64,000 nt of DNA from an uncultured Dorea sp. (GCA_910579925.1 CAJTVY010000005.1:16948-80947); one strand, 5' to 3'. Positions 1-10,676 are shown, numbered from the stretch's first letter. The notes: generated by a model not told the origin, from the sequence alone. A program made the numbers and translations.

Positions 1-79
1 TATACTTTTTCGTAATGGCTTTTTTGTAAGAATTCTCCTTACTGTTCCCAAGAATTAAGAATGAGTCTCCTATAGCATG

Positions 80-122
80 AAAAATGGAGCAATTCTTTTA
101 AATCAAAGAATTGCTCCATTTT
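80..122 (-). terminator. Intrinsic terminator hairpin downstream of thrC (could act bidirectionally)
   Basis: Perfect 15-bp stem AAAATGGAGCAATTC (81-95) / GAATTGCTCCATTTT (108-122) with a 12-nt loop. Read on the minus strand it is followed by TTTTTC. It lies 26 nt after the thrC stop codon. Confidence 0.8.
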
Positions 123-147
123 CATTTTTATACCGGTCAGCAAAACA

Positions 148-1650
148 TCACCGTATTTTCTCATCCGTAACCAGTAATCTCTCTACCAGTTCCCGCATCT
201 TCCCTGTATCACATTCCAATGTATGCAGCACCTTCGCATCCAGAATATCCCGGATCGCCTGAGGCATCTCAACGCCAGACGCCGTCCTAAGTTCTTCCAG
301 CAGCGCAAAATCCTCTGCCGTCCCGTATTTACGATCAATTGCGATCATAACGCTCTTGGCAAATTTATAAGGGCTTGCCGTTGAGGCAACCACACATTTC
401 CTGGCATCCCCACTTCTGCTTTGGTACTGCCCGCAGACATAGGCCGCAACCGCCGTATGGGTATCCATCACATACCCCGTCTCGTCATAAACGCTCCTTA
501 TGCAGCCCGAAGTCTCTTCTTCCGTAGCAAATCCAGCCTCAAAATCCCGAAGCTTTGAAGCCATCTCATCTGTAATCGAATAGCTTCCGTTTCTCTTCAG
601 CCCCTCCATCAGTTCCTTCGTCTTCTCAGCGTCCTCCCCTGTGATCAGATAGATCAGCCGCTCCAGATTACTGGAAACCAGAATGTCCATAGAAGGAGAG
701 GAGGTCAGCACAAACTTGCGGTTTCTGTCATAAGTACCTGTCTCGAAGAAATCAAACAGCACCTTGTTCTCATTGGAGGCGCAGACCAGCTTCCCTATGG
801 GCACTCCCATCTGTTTCGCATAATAAGCCGCAAGTATATTTCCAAAATTCCCTGTAGGAACCGTCACGTTAATCTCTTCTCCGTCTACGATCTCTTCATT
901 CGCCAGCAGCTTCGCATATGCATAAACATAGTAAGCCACCTGGGGAACCAGACGACCAATATTGATAGAATTCGCTGACGAAAACTGATATCCTTTTTCT
1001 TCCAGTTCCCTTGCAAGTTCCCGGTCTTCAAATATAGCCTTCACTCCGCTCTGGGCATCGTCAAAATTCCCATGAATGGCAACCACTTCCACGTTACTCC
1101 CCTTCTGGGTAGTCATCTGGAGTTCCTGCACCTTGCTGACTCCGTTCTTCGGATAGAATACGATAATCCTGGTTCCTTCCACATCTGCAAAGCCAGCCAG
1201 CGCAGCTTTCCCCGTATCCCCGGAAGTTGCCGTCAGAATCACGATCTCATTTTCCACATGGTTCTTCTTCGCAGCAGTTGTCATAAGATGTGGAAGGATG
1301 GAAAGCGCCATGTCTTTGAACGCAATCGTAGCCCCGTGAAACAGTTCCAGGAAATAAGTATCTCCCACCTTCGCAAGAGGGGCGATCTCCTCTGTATCAA
1401 ACTTTTCGTCATACGCTTTTTCAATACAGTTTTTCAGTTCTTCTTCCGTAAAATCAGTGAGAAACTGCTTCATTACCTCATAGGCGCATTCCTGGTATGT
1501 CATGTCCTTTAGCGCATCCATCGAAACATCCAGAACCGGCAGCTTCTCCGGCACAAACAGCCCTCCGTCAGAAGACAGCCCCTTAAGAATCGCCTCTGAG
1601 GCGCTTACCTTCAGTTCAGAATTTCTCGTACTCTTATAACGTAAATCCAT
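148..1650 (-). CDS. thrC: Threonine synthase
   Basis: 500-aa ORF. The N-terminus MDLRYKSTRN..GLSSDGGLFVPEKLP and the PLP-fold core (FHGATIAFKDMALS, TATSGDTGKAA) are typical of long-form ThrC. An RBS (GGAGAAG) lies upstream of the ATG at 1650. Confidence 0.95.
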   Translation of the reverse strand: MDLRYKSTRNSELKVSASEAILKGLSSDGGLFVPEKLPVLDVSMDALKDMTYQECAYEVMKQFLTDFTEEELKNCIEKAYDEKFDTEEIAPLAKVGDTYFLELFHGATIAFKDMALSILPHLMTTAAKKNHVENEIVILTATSGDTGKAALAGFADVEGTRIIVFYPKNGVSKVQELQMTTQKGSNVEVVAIHGNFDDAQSGVKAIFEDRELARELEEKGYQFSSANSINIGRLVPQVAYYVYAYAKLLANEEIVDGEEINVTVPTGNFGNILAAYYAKQMGVPIGKLVCASNENKVLFDFFETGTYDRNRKFVLTSSPSMDILVSSNLERLIYLITGEDAEKTKELMEGLKRNGSYSITDEMASKLRDFEAGFATEEETSGCIRSVYDETGYVMDTHTAVAAYVCGQYQSRSGDARKCVVASTASPYKFAKSVMIAIDRKYGTAEDFALLEELRTASGVEMPQAIRDILDAKVLHTLECDTGKMRELVERLLVTDEKIR

Positions 1651-1673
1651 CTTCTTCTCCTTCCAGCCGCTTT

Positions 1674-2162
1674 CTACCGCTTATTGTTTGTATATTTCAC
1701 AAGCCCTCCTGCGGCAATCAGCTTCTGCATAAATTCCGGGAAGGGCTGCCCTTGAAACTCCGTTCCTTTCGTACGGTTATAGATCTTACCGCTGTCAAAA
1801 TCGACTTCAACCTCGTCTCCCGCTTCAATTCCCCGGGCTGCCTCCGGGCATTCTATGATCGGCAGACCAATATTGATCGCATTACGGTAGAAAATCCGGG
1901 CAAATGTCTCCGCAATCACACAGCTTACCCCCGCCGTCTTCAGACACAGCGGCGCATGTTCCCTGGAAGACCCGCAGCCGAAATTCTTGTTCGCTACAAT
2001 CAGATCCCCTGGTTTCACCTTATTCACAAACTCCGGATCAATATCTGCCATGGCATGGCTTGCCAGTTCCTGGGCATCAAAAGAATTCAGATATCTTGCC
2101 GGAATAATCACATCCGTATCTACATTATCTCCATACTTAAATACATGTCCTGTCGCTCTCAT
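1674..2162 (-). CDS. leuD: 3-isopropylmalate dehydratase small subunit (LeuD-type aconitase swivel domain)
   Basis: [35 protein letters not shown] is the LeuD signature. I chose the internal ATG at 2162, which forms a TAATG overlap with the leuC stop. The 85-aa Cys/Gly-rich N-terminal extension in the track ORF overlaps leuC and is spurious. Confidence 0.93.
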   Translation of the reverse strand: MRATGHVFKYGDNVDTDVIIPARYLNSFDAQELASHAMADIDPEFVNKVKPGDLIVANKNFGCGSSREHAPLCLKTAGVSCVIAETFARIFYRNAINIGLPIIECPEAARGIEAGDEVEVDFDSGKIYNRTKGTEFQGQPFPEFMQKLIAAGGLVKYTNNKR

Positions 2163-3436
2163 TATCTGCCACCTACTTTCTCTGGATTCGCAATATATCC
2201 CGCAATCGCACTTGCCGCCGCAACCTCGGGTGATGCAAGATAGATCAGAGAATCCACATGTCCCATACGTCCGACAAAGTTCCGGTTCGTGGTGGATACA
2301 CATTTTTCTCCCGCAGCCATGACGCCCATATGTCCGCCCATACAAGGCCCGCAGCTTGGCGTGTTCACCGCACAGCCCGCATCCACAAAGATATCCAGAA
2401 GTCCCTCTGCAATACACTGTTTGTAGATCTTCTGGGTTGCCGGAATCACCATTACACGCACATCCTGATGTACGGTCTGTCCCTTCAGGATTGCCGCAGC
2501 TTTGCGCATATCCTCCATCCGCCCGTTGGTACAGGAACCGATCACTACCTGGTTAATCTTAACCGGCTCCATGGCCTCAATCTCATCAATAGTCTTTGCA
2601 TTTCCCGGAAGATGTGGGAACGCTACCGTTGGACGTACCTGTGAAAGATCAATCTCTATCACTTCGTCGTACCCGGCGTCCTCATCTGCCTCGTAGATCT
2701 TATATTCCTTCCTGGAATGTTCCTTCATATATGCCTCGGCCTTTGCATCCACCGGGAAGATCCCGTTCTTGGCTCCCGCCTCAATCGCCATATTCGCCAT
2801 GGTGAAACGATCGTCCATAGAAAGGTTCTCAATGCCGTCTCCTGTAAATTCCATAGACTTATAGAGAGCGCCGTCCACACCGATCTTTCCGATAATATGG
2901 ATGATAATGTCTTTACCGCTGACATACTTTCCAGGCTTTCCTTTCAATACAAACTGAATAGCGCCCGGAACCTTGAACCAGAGTTCTCCAGTAGCCATTC
3001 CCGTTGCAATGTCCGTCGTTCCCACTCCTGTGGAAAACGCCCCTAACGCTCCATATGTACAGGTATGGGAATCCGCCCCGATAATACACTCGCCTCCCAC
3101 AACCACGCCTGCCTCCGGCAGGATCGCATGCTCCACGCCGGACTTTCCCTGCTCAAAATACCAGGTTAAGCCCTGCTCCCGCGCAAACTCGCGGATAGAC
3201 TTGGAATTCTCTGCTGATTTGATATCTTTATTCGGTGTAAAATGATCCGGCACCAGGACAACCTTATCCTTATCGAATACCTTCTTAGCCATCTCTCTGA
3301 AGATCGGCAGCGCCATCGGCCCCGTAATATCATTCGCCATTACTACGTCAAGTTTAGCTTCTATTAACTGTCCTGCCGTTACAGACTCCAGACCGGCGTG
3401 AGCAGCTAAGATCTTCTGCGTCATTGTCATTCCCAT
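2162..3436 (-). CDS. leuC: 3-isopropylmalate dehydratase large subunit (aconitase family)
   Basis: [15 protein letters not shown].., [15 protein letters not shown] and the GSCTNGR / PSCGPCMG Fe-S ligand motifs are present. The start was moved to ATG 3436, which follows AGGAGG plus an 8-nt spacer. Confidence 0.93.
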   Translation of the reverse strand: MGMTMTQKILAAHAGLESVTAGQLIEAKLDVVMANDITGPMALPIFREMAKKVFDKDKVVLVPDHFTPNKDIKSAENSKSIREFAREQGLTWYFEQGKSGVEHAILPEAGVVVGGECIIGADSHTCTYGALGAFSTGVGTTDIATGMATGELWFKVPGAIQFVLKGKPGKYVSGKDIIIHIIGKIGVDGALYKSMEFTGDGIENLSMDDRFTMANMAIEAGAKNGIFPVDAKAEAYMKEHSRKEYKIYEADEDAGYDEVIEIDLSQVRPTVAFPHLPGNAKTIDEIEAMEPVKINQVVIGSCTNGRMEDMRKAAAILKGQTVHQDVRVMVIPATQKIYKQCIAEGLLDIFVDAGCAVNTPSCGPCMGGHMGVMAAGEKCVSTTNRNFVGRMGHVDSLIYLASPEVAAASAIAGYIANPEKVGGR

Positions 3437-3525
3437 CTTGACAACCTCCTGTTCTTCTATCATTACATCTCATTACATTTTCCATACGAGGTATTCTACC
3501 ACAGATATTCTTTTCTGACAAGGAT

Positions 3526-4461
3526 TCATCTTCTCCATATGCGGTTCCTCATCTCATTGAACATCTCTTTATGGAGTCTTGACTCCATCCTTGGAAATGC
3601 GTCTATCAGACGTCTGGTGACACGGGTGCTTCGTTCCGCAAGTTCAGTATATTTTCCCTTAAGCTCCGCATATTTATTCCTCAGTTCTGCCAGGAGCGCC
3701 CGATCCTCTTCGGGATACAGACGGGCCTCAATCTTCTCCTCTACCCAGTCAATCCGCTCTTCCAGATGATCTTTGTGCTCCTCTGCAACCGTATCCAGTT
3801 TCTCGCGCAGTTCCGATACGGCCAAGTCCAGATGTTTCCTGGTCTCTTCCGAGAATTCCATTGTCTCCATCACGCTCTCATGGATATTGACCCCGATCAT
3901 ATCCGAGAGTTCCCGAAGTTCTGAAGAGATCTTCTCCATGGTGTCCAGCTTTTTGTTCAGCTTCAGGATCTCACTGGTGGTTACATACAGATCCGCAGCA
4001 AGTGCAATCCCCAGTATTGCGGCAATGACGATTCCTGCAGTAACCGGAATCATGGCTGTCACCTTATAGACAAACGGATGAATGACCCGCACGATCAGTA
4101 CGCAGGCAACTCCCCAGGCAAGTGAAAACAGCAGGCAGACATATCCGCCGATATTCAGCGGCTGGTTTGAATAATCCCACCATTTATGTCTGAACAGCTT
4201 ATCCATCAAATAGCCAGTCACTCCCTCGATCGCCGTCACTAACGCCGTAGACACCACATACAGAGATACGATCGTTCCGTTCATTGGTTCTAACAGCATA
4301 ACCACGGTGCCAATCCCCACTCCGTAGACCGGACAGATGGGGCCGTTTAAAAAGCCGCGGTTCACAAATTTTTTCTGCCTGACCGTCGCATAGGCAACCT
4401 CAGTACACCAGCCTACAAATCCGTATATAAAAAAGTATAAAATAAAAAAGTAAATCTGCAT
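3526..4461 (-). CDS. Polytopic membrane protein (putative 'ABC-transporter type IV'/CmpB-like N-domain) with a coiled-coil C-terminal half
   Basis: From MQIYFFILYFFIYGFVGWCTEVAY..NGPICPVYGVG there are 4-5 hydrophobic helices, then a charged helical tail. The start at 4461 is preceded by GGAGG. The family name is from memory. Confidence 0.6.
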   Translation of the reverse strand: MQIYFFILYFFIYGFVGWCTEVAYATVRQKKFVNRGFLNGPICPVYGVGIGTVVMLLEPMNGTIVSLYVVSTALVTAIEGVTGYLMDKLFRHKWWDYSNQPLNIGGYVCLLFSLAWGVACVLIVRVIHPFVYKVTAMIPVTAGIVIAAILGIALAADLYVTTSEILKLNKKLDTMEKISSELRELSDMIGVNIHESVMETMEFSEETRKHLDLAVSELREKLDTVAEEHKDHLEERIDWVEEKIEARLYPEEDRALLAELRNKYAELKGKYTELAERSTRVTRRLIDAFPRMESRLHKEMFNEMRNRIWRR

Positions 4462-4510
4462 CTTTTTCCTCCGGTACAATATTCTCTCACGATTAATAGT
4501 ATACTTCACA

Positions 4511-4539
4511 TTGCCTTCTTCGTCAAATAGTGATATGAT
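4511..4539 (+). promoter_or_regulatory. Candidate sigma-A promoter of feoAB
   Basis: -35 TTGCCT (4511-4516), a 17-nt spacer, and an extended -10 TGATATGAT (-10 hexamer TATGAT at 4534-4539). Confidence 0.55.
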
Positions 4540-4550
4540 AGAAATGTAAT

Positions 4551-4565
4551 AGATAATAATTATCA
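4551..4565. promoter_or_regulatory. Fur box (7-1-7 type)
   Basis: AGATAAT-A-ATTATCA matches the Bacillus-type Fur 7-1-7 consensus TGATAATnATTATCA at 14 of 15 positions. It sits just downstream of the predicted -10 and 26 nt upstream of the feoA ATG. Confidence 0.75.
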
Positions 4566-4590
4566 ATAACATTTACAAGGGGAAATACAT

Positions 4591-4824
4591 ATGACGCTCA
4601 AGCAAGGAAAGAATCATCTGACCTACCGTGTCGAATCTATTCATATTGAACTGACGCTAGAACGCCGCCTGGAAGCCTTAGGGCTCACGGAAGGTTCTCT
4701 GATCACAATACTGAACAACGATAAGAAAGGCTCTCTGACAGCAAGATTCCGCGGCACCCGTTTCGCACTTGGCAGACGGATTGCAGACAACATTACAGTC
4801 ACGGAGGTTACGCAGCATGAATAA
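4591..4824 (+). CDS. feoA: FeoA-family ferrous iron transport protein
   Basis: 77-aa SH3-like FeoA pattern (YRVESI..RLEALGLTEGSLITIL..G.L..RFRGTRFALGRRIADNITV). It overlaps the feoB start by 8 nt. Confidence 0.9.
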   Translation: MTLKQGKNHLTYRVESIHIELTLERRLEALGLTEGSLITILNNDKKGSLTARFRGTRFALGRRIADNITVTEVTQHE

Positions 4825-6859
4825 GACGATTAACGTAGGATTCATCGGCAATCCAAATTGCGGTAAAACCACGCTTTTTAACGCATTTACCGGCGCCAAC
4901 TTAAAGGTGGCCAACTGGCCCGGCGTAACGGTGGAAAAGAAAGAAGGAAAGACTGTCTATGAAGGACAGGAATTTAAACTGATCGACCTTCCCGGTATCT
5001 ACAGCCTGACTTCCTATACAATGGAAGAAACTGTCTCCCGGGAATGTATCATGAGTGATGAAGTAGACGTCATTGTGGATGTCATTGACGCCTCCTGCCT
5101 GGAACGCAACCTTTATCTGACGCTTCAGCTCATCGAACTTGGCAAGCCCGTGGTGCTGGCTCTGAACATGATGGATATCGTGGAGGAGAGGGGCATGGAA
5201 ATCGACCTTCACCGCCTTCCGGAAATGCTTGGCGTTCCTGCCATTCCTGTATCCGCACGCAGGAAAACGGGTCTGTCTATTCTGATGCATGCCGTTGCTC
5301 ACCACAGTCAGTATGCCAGTCAGAGTCCGTTCATCCATCACCACACGGGCAAATCCTCCTCGCACATGCACAACCATCATGATGAGTACGCCATGGTTTA
5401 TGAAGATTATATAGAAGACAAGATTGATATCATAATCGGTCTTCTTACAGAAAAATATCCCAATGTATGCAATCCCAGATGGCATGCCATCAAACTGCTG
5501 GAAATGGATCAGCAGGTGACGCGGCACCATCCCCTTCCTTTAGAGGATGTGGTTGACCGCAGCTACGAGAAAGACATCATTAACCAGAAGTACGATTTTA
5601 TCGAGGAAGTCATTGAGGAGATTCTGGTAAATAAATCCGCAAAGGAAGAATCTACTGACAAGATCGACCGGCTTCTTACACACAGATGGTTCGCTCTTCC
5701 CATCTTCCTTGGGATTATGGCGCTGGTATTCTTCCTCACATTTACCATCGGCGACTGGTTAAAAGGGTATTTTGAGATTGCATTAGAACAGATCTCGGAG
5801 CTTACTTCCAGCAGCCTGCACGCACTTAATGTCAGTCCCTTGCTCCAGTCTCTGATCGTTGACGGAATCATCTCCGGCGTCGGCGGAATTCTGACCTTCC
5901 TGCCCAATATCTTCATTCTCTTCCTGGCTCTTGCCTTATTGGAAGACAGTGGATATATGGCCAGGGTTGCTTTCGTAATGGACGACATTATGAGCCGTCT
6001 CGGACTTTCAGGTCGTGCCTTTCTTCCCCTGCTTCTGGGATTCGGGTGTTCTGTTCCTGCAATCATGGCGTCGCGGGCCCTTGAGCATCCCAGAGACCGG
6101 TTTAAGACCATACTGGTCACGCCGTTTATGTCCTGCAGTGCAAGGCTTCCTATTTACGTCCTGTTTTCCTCGATGTTCTTTGGGAAATATGCCATGATCG
6201 TATGTTATTCCATGTATCTGCTGGGGATCGGGGCAGCCATTGCGACTGCTTACATCTTATCCAGGATTGACGGAAGCAAGGCAGAGCATGCGCTGTTAAT
6301 CGAACTGCCGGAGTATAAGTCTCCCAATACCCGCACCATCTTCATCTATGTGTGGGAGAAGATCAAGGACTATCTGACCAAAGCCGGAACCGTCATCTTT
6401 GTGGCTTCCGTAATCATGTGGGTACTCTTAAATTTCGGTCCCAGAGGGTATGTCACGGACATCACACAAAGTTTCGGATCGCTGGCCGGAAAGGCAATTG
6501 TCCCACTGTTTCGTCCTGCCGGACTGGGGTACTGGCAGATTATCGTTGCTTTGATTGCCGGGATTGCCGCAAAAGAGGTTGTGGTATCCAGCTGCAGCGT
6601 ATTGTTTGGTATCCAGAACATTACCACAGCCGGCGGCATGGACGCCATGGTCGCAACCCTTGATTCTATTGGCTTTGGAGCTGCAAATGCATACGCCCTG
6701 ATGGTATTCTGTCTTCTGTACGTTCCCTGCACTGCGACGATTGCAACGATCCAGAGAGAACTGAAAAGCTGGAAACAGACTCTGGGGATTCTGGTATTCC
6801 AGGTGCTGATTGCATGGGGGATGAGCGTAATTGTTTACCAGATCGGGCTGCGCTTCTAA
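4817..6859 (+). CDS. feoB: Ferrous iron transporter FeoB
   Basis: G-domain motifs GNPNCGKTTLFNAFTG and DLPGIYSL, followed by a polytopic gate domain. The start is ATG 4817 (MNKTINVGF). It carries an unusual His-rich insert at 5300-5380. Confidence 0.95.
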   Translation: MNKTINVGFIGNPNCGKTTLFNAFTGANLKVANWPGVTVEKKEGKTVYEGQEFKLIDLPGIYSLTSYTMEETVSRECIMSDEVDVIVDVIDASCLERNLYLTLQLIELGKPVVLALNMMDIVEERGMEIDLHRLPEMLGVPAIPVSARRKTGLSILMHAVAHHSQYASQSPFIHHHTGKSSSHMHNHHDEYAMVYEDYIEDKIDIIIGLLTEKYPNVCNPRWHAIKLLEMDQQVTRHHPLPLEDVVDRSYEKDIINQKYDFIEEVIEEILVNKSAKEESTDKIDRLLTHRWFALPIFLGIMALVFFLTFTIGDWLKGYFEIALEQISELTSSSLHALNVSPLLQSLIVDGIISGVGGILTFLPNIFILFLALALLEDSGYMARVAFVMDDIMSRLGLSGRAFLPLLLGFGCSVPAIMASRALEHPRDRFKTILVTPFMSCSARLPIYVLFSSMFFGKYAMIVCYSMYLLGIGAAIATAYILSRIDGSKAEHALLIELPEYKSPNTRTIFIYVWEKIKDYLTKAGTVIFVASVIMWVLLNFGPRGYVTDITQSFGSLAGKAIVPLFRPAGLGYWQIIVALIAGIAAKEVVVSSCSVLFGIQNITTAGGMDAMVATLDSIGFGAANAYALMVFCLLYVPCTATIATIQRELKSWKQTLGILVFQVLIAWGMSVIVYQIGLRF

Positions 6860-6915
6860 GTATGCAGTTTTAACACCGACCGACAGACCGCCGGAATATC
6901 ACCTCTCCCCCAAAT

Positions 6916-6962
6916 ACAGATCCCCTGCCGAATGCCTTACAGCATATCGTCAGGGGATCTGT
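6916..6962. terminator. Hairpin between the convergent genes feoB and the chemoreceptor gene
   Basis: Perfect 12-bp stem ACAGATCCCCTG (6916-6927) / CAGGGGATCTGT (6951-6962) with a 23-nt loop. The T-runs on both strands are weak, so terminator function is inferred from position. Confidence 0.5.
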
Positions 6963-7020
6963 CTATGTATACCCAATCCTGTCATAAGCCGGATAAACCG
7001 TAATCCGTGTCGGCGGCTCC

Positions 7021-8685
7021 TTATGCACGGTCTTTTCTGGTCCGGAACCTGCTGACCATACTTTCCATGATCCTTGCCTGCTCCGATAACTCTCTGGATG
7101 CGGCAGAATTTTCTTCAGCAGCCGCTGCGTTGGAATGTACTACGTCGCTAATCTGGGAGACCGAATTAACCATACTCGCAAATGCCTCTGCCTGCTCGTT
7201 AGTAGATTGATCAATATTTCCCAAAAGCTGCGCCATGGACTGCACGTTATCTCCCACCTGCTTCATAGACTGCACCGTCGCATCTGCGACCTTAATCCCA
7301 TGTTCCACCGCTACAGCAGATTTTTCAATCATATCTGCAGTGGCGCTGGCAGCTTCCGCACTCTTGCTGGCAAGATTGCGCACTTCATCCGCAACAACCG
7401 CAAAGCCTTTGCCCGTTTCTCCGGCGCGCGCGGCTTCTACCGCAGCGTTGAGCGCAAGGATATTCGTCTGGAAAGCAATATCTTCAATGATTTTGATTAC
7501 TTTTGCAATCTCCTGTGAAGACGCACCAATCTCTCCCATCGCATGAACCATGTCATCCATCTGCTGGTTGCTTTGTAAGACGACTTCCCATGCCTGCCCT
7601 GAAATCTGCTTAACGTGGGCAGCATTTTCTCCATCCTGTTTGGTTAAGGCCGCGACCTTATCCAACGACATCTTAAAAGCTTCCACTGCCGCAGTCTGTT
7701 CGGTGGAACCTTGCGCCAATGTATGGGAATTGGAGGCAAGATTCTCCGAGCCCGTCCGAACCTGTGCGCAGCAGTCGTGGAGCTGTCCTACGGTATCGTT
7801 CAGAGAATTCAGGATCAGATCAAGGGAATTTTTGATTTCCCCAAAGTCTCCGATGTATTCCCGTTCGATTTCCATAGAAATATTGCCGTTTGATATCCCT
7901 CCCAACACATAAGAAATATCTTCCACATACTGTTGGATATTGAACATCGTCGCATTAAGCTGACGGGAGAGTATTCCTAGTTCGTCATGTCCCAGACTGT
8001 CGAAATCCGTCTTCAGATGTCCTTCCGAAACCTGCTGCATCCCTTGGGACAATTTTTTGAGAGGAACAGTGATGATTACCGACATCTTATAAGAAATCAG
8101 CAGAGAGGCAGCCACAATCACGGCAAATAAAATATCCTGAATGATGATCGTCCGGTTTGCCTGGGAAACTGCCTGGTCTTTAAAATCTTCTGCTTTTGCC
8201 TGGGATTCTACGGAAATCTCCTGTGCAAGCGCCGTAGTCTCGTCGGCCACTGCTTCAAACCTCTTCATCTCATCCTGCATCTGCTGCTGTTCCTGTTCGG
8301 ATAATAAGCGGCTGATTTCATCATACGATGCTTTCAATGCAGAGAACTTGTCCTCAAACTCTGTAAGCAGTGCAGAATCAATTACGCCAGTTTCCCGAAT
8401 CGCAATCAATTCTGCCTCGGCGTTTTTACAGGCGTTCTCGTAATCATCCGTCAGCTGACCGCCGCCTGCCAGCAGCATATGATTGGCTGCATTTTCTATT
8501 TTGCCAACGTCTTTAAGCAATGCGACAGAGGAAAGCGCACTCATATGCGGACCCGAATACAAATCTACCGAAAGATTTGAAATACCGCGCAAATTAGAGA
8601 GTGAAAATGCATTCATTACAATCAAAATAATCAGCAGAAGCCCAAAGCCCAACGTCAGCTTCCCCCGAATTTTCAAATTTTTCAT
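7021..8685 (-). CDS. Methyl-accepting chemotaxis protein (N-terminal TM, helical sensor, HAMP, MA domain)
   Basis: Conserved signalling hairpin [35 protein letters not shown]. The N-terminal TM is [18 protein letters not shown]. The start was moved to the third codon (ATG 8685) on RBS spacing. Confidence 0.92.
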   Translation of the reverse strand: MKNLKIRGKLTLGFGLLLIILIVMNAFSLSNLRGISNLSVDLYSGPHMSALSSVALLKDVGKIENAANHMLLAGGGQLTDDYENACKNAEAELIAIRETGVIDSALLTEFEDKFSALKASYDEISRLLSEQEQQQMQDEMKRFEAVADETTALAQEISVESQAKAEDFKDQAVSQANRTIIIQDILFAVIVAASLLISYKMSVIITVPLKKLSQGMQQVSEGHLKTDFDSLGHDELGILSRQLNATMFNIQQYVEDISYVLGGISNGNISMEIEREYIGDFGEIKNSLDLILNSLNDTVGQLHDCCAQVRTGSENLASNSHTLAQGSTEQTAAVEAFKMSLDKVAALTKQDGENAAHVKQISGQAWEVVLQSNQQMDDMVHAMGEIGASSQEIAKVIKIIEDIAFQTNILALNAAVEAARAGETGKGFAVVADEVRNLASKSAEAASATADMIEKSAVAVEHGIKVADATVQSMKQVGDNVQSMAQLLGNIDQSTNEQAEAFASMVNSVSQISDVVHSNAAAAEENSAASRELSEQARIMESMVSRFRTRKDRA

Positions 8686-8855
8686 GACCATTCTCCTTAT
8701 ACATTTTTAGTATTTTTGCTGTTCTAAATACAGCTTTTATTGTGTATGTTTTTTACTATAACATAGAGTGTTATATTTTTCCATATATAAATTTTTATTT
8801 TATCTATAAAAATTTATCATTTTTTCCATACAATTTATACTAATTACCGCCGCAT

Positions 8856-8889
8856 AAAAAAGCTGCCAGGAATCGAATTCCTTAACAGC
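8856..8889 (-). terminator. Intrinsic terminator after the PHP-domain gene
   Basis: On the minus strand: GCTGTTAAGGAAT-TCG-ATTCCTGGCAGC (6+4 bp stem with an internal loop) followed by TTTTTT. Confidence 0.6.
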
Positions 8890-8927
8890 CTTGTATGTTT
8901 TATAGATCTATTTCCTGGTGCGCTTTC

Positions 8928-9752
8928 TCAAATCTTCCCCTGCAGATATGGAATCTCGATGGGGTCAATGGGATCCACAGGATTCTCAATCTCCCCTTTT
9001 ACCTTCCTCTTATGCCGCTTCAGAAGTTCTCCGCCCTTATTGTAAAACCAGAAAGAATAAACCAGAAGTTTATTGACCTTTCCAATCTTATCTTTCGTCG
9101 TCTTCCCGTAAATCGTACCGCCTACGCCAATCGGCGCCTTCCTGCGGATCAGTGAAATCAGTTCTGTCTCACAGGTAATCCTCTCCGGCAATTCCGTATA
9201 CGCCAGTGAAACACAGTCCAGCTTATGGGCATCGCTTCCTCCGATTCCAGGCTTCTTATACTTTATGGTAAGTTTCATCGCCTCTCTGTTCGATTCCTCT
9301 GGTTCACATGCGTTAAATGCCTCAATAAAATCAAATCTCTTAATAATCTCCGGTGATTTGTAAAATTTCTTCGTTTTCGTAAAACTTAAGTATTTCTCTC
9401 CGCAGGGATGTGCAGGTCCTAAGATTCCGCCATGCCGATGTACAAAGTCAATCAGTGCGCTTACCGGCATCCCTCTCAGTTCCAGCAGACGCATCCTGAC
9501 CCCTTCCGGCATGATGCAGATGATATGCCCTGCATCGCAGGTATCATATTCTATCCCCTTCAATACTACAAAATCCTCGTGGACCTTACCCTTCATACGA
9601 TATTTCCAGTGGCGGTATCCTTTGTAAGTATCATGATCTGTGATCAACATTCCTTCAAACCCATGTTCTTTCAGCTTCGTGATATATTCATCCAGACCAA
9701 CTTTACTGTCGATAGAGCCCTCTTTCACATGACAATGCATATCAATCTTCAT
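8928..9752 (-). CDS. PHP-domain metal-dependent phosphoesterase
   Basis: MKIDMHCHVKEGSID..LITDHDTY..GIEYD..GHIICI..GGSDAHK is the His/Asp metal-ligand pattern of the PHP family. Confidence 0.8.
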   Translation of the reverse strand: MKIDMHCHVKEGSIDSKVGLDEYITKLKEHGFEGMLITDHDTYKGYRHWKYRMKGKVHEDFVVLKGIEYDTCDAGHIICIMPEGVRMRLLELRGMPVSALIDFVHRHGGILGPAHPCGEKYLSFTKTKKFYKSPEIIKRFDFIEAFNACEPEESNREAMKLTIKYKKPGIGGSDAHKLDCVSLAYTELPERITCETELISLIRRKAPIGVGGTIYGKTTKDKIGKVNKLLVYSFWFYNKGGELLKRHKRKVKGEIENPVDPIDPIEIPYLQGKI

Positions 9753-9854
9753 ACACTAAGGCCTCCTTCATTCTTATTTCGCTATTTCTAACCTATCTAT
9801 TATTATATCACATCTGTCTTAAATTACAACCAGGCCGGGCATGTATGGTTAAAA

Positions 9855-10676
9855 TTACAAATCTTCACTGATAATCGTAATATCATCATCTTCTTCGTCT
9901 TCCTCTGCACTTGCGAAGGCAGTTTTACCCTTCTTCGGGCTTTCTTCTTCTTCCTCTTCCTCCTCCAGAATTTTTCGGGCCTTTTCAACTTCGGATTCTC
10001 TGGAAACCTGGTCTTTCATACGCTTTGCATAGACTCTTTCATTCTTTCCAATTGTACGCGACTGCATCATAAACTGAATCCAGATTCCGATCAGCGCTGC
10101 CGCCGCGCTGATTCCATAACCCACAAGCAGATTCCCGCCGATCCCAAGCACGGCGGCCGCAGAAGTTCCCACAGACAATCCGCCCGATATACCCGTAACT
10201 ACTACCACGATCGGCTCCGGTCTGATCATGGCCAGTATCGCCATCAGAAGCGCCGCTGCCAGACTGATTCCCAAAATAATACCCAGGGCTGTCAGTTCCC
10301 TGACACCTGGCAGAAGCAGTGATCCGCCAATCCCGAACGTATACAGAAACACTACGAAAAATATTCCAAGCTTTCGTACTCCGCCGCACAACACGGCCGT
10401 AACGATTGTACAGATCAGTATCGTCACAGGTATCATCGTACCGGAAAAACCAAGTCCCAGAGCAGCGCCCGTACCAACGCCGCTCCCGATTACCAGCCCT
10501 GCAAGCACCGATAACACCCTCACCAGCTTCAGCCCAAACAGGCAGACCAGAATCCCGACAATTATCATCACAATCTGTATCGCTGCCGCCATCTGCGTAA
10601 TCCTTGACAGAACCACATCTGCCTGTCCGTCAGACAGCCCCGGTAAATTCATTCCTATTGTCCATGTTTGATCCAT
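9855..10676 (-). CDS. Gly-rich polytopic membrane protein with an acidic C-terminal tail (family uncertain)
   Basis: About 7 hydrophobic segments, then KILEEEEEEEESPKK..AEEDEEDDD. The track start is TTG 10697. I prefer ATG 10676 (MDQTWTIG), which follows AAGGAG. Confidence 0.6.
   Translation of the reverse strand: MDQTWTIGMNLPGLSDGQADVVLSRITQMAAAIQIVMIIVGILVCLFGLKLVRVLSVLAGLVIGSGVGTGAALGLGFSGTMIPVTILICTIVTAVLCGGVRKLGIFFVVFLYTFGIGGSLLLPGVRELTALGIILGISLAAALLMAILAMIRPEPIVVVVTGISGGLSVGTSAAAVLGIGGNLLVGYGISAAAALIGIWIQFMMQSRTIGKNERVYAKRMKDQVSRESEVEKARKILEEEEEEEESPKKGKTAFASAEEDEEDDDITIISEDL

Noticed and set aside
1674-2417. A 247-aa ORF with a Cys/Gly-rich 85-aa N-terminal extension ahead of the LeuD domain.
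   Set aside because: The extension lies entirely inside leuC in another frame. The LeuD homology starts at the internal ATG (2162), which forms a TAATG junction with the leuC stop. I annotated only the short form.
3437-3525. A possible T-box or leader-peptide attenuator upstream of leuCD-thrC, and possible riboswitches in the other short intergenic regions (e.g. 63867-64000 upstream of the ABC ATPase gene).
   Set aside because: The leuC upstream spacer is only ~90 nt and has no specifier or antiterminator-like structure. The 10-bp hairpin at 63940-63967 has no recognisable riboswitch core and lies at the window edge, so it cannot be interpreted.
4901-6120. Long antisense ORFs (209 aa and 185 aa) inside feoB, and many similar 60-250-aa antisense ORFs inside essC, addA, addB, the two chemoreceptor genes and the ATPase genes.
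   Set aside because: They are embedded in strongly supported genes on the opposite strand. Their composition is biased (Ser/Pro/Arg-rich), they lack RBSs, and they contain no recognisable domains. This is typical of shadow ORFs.
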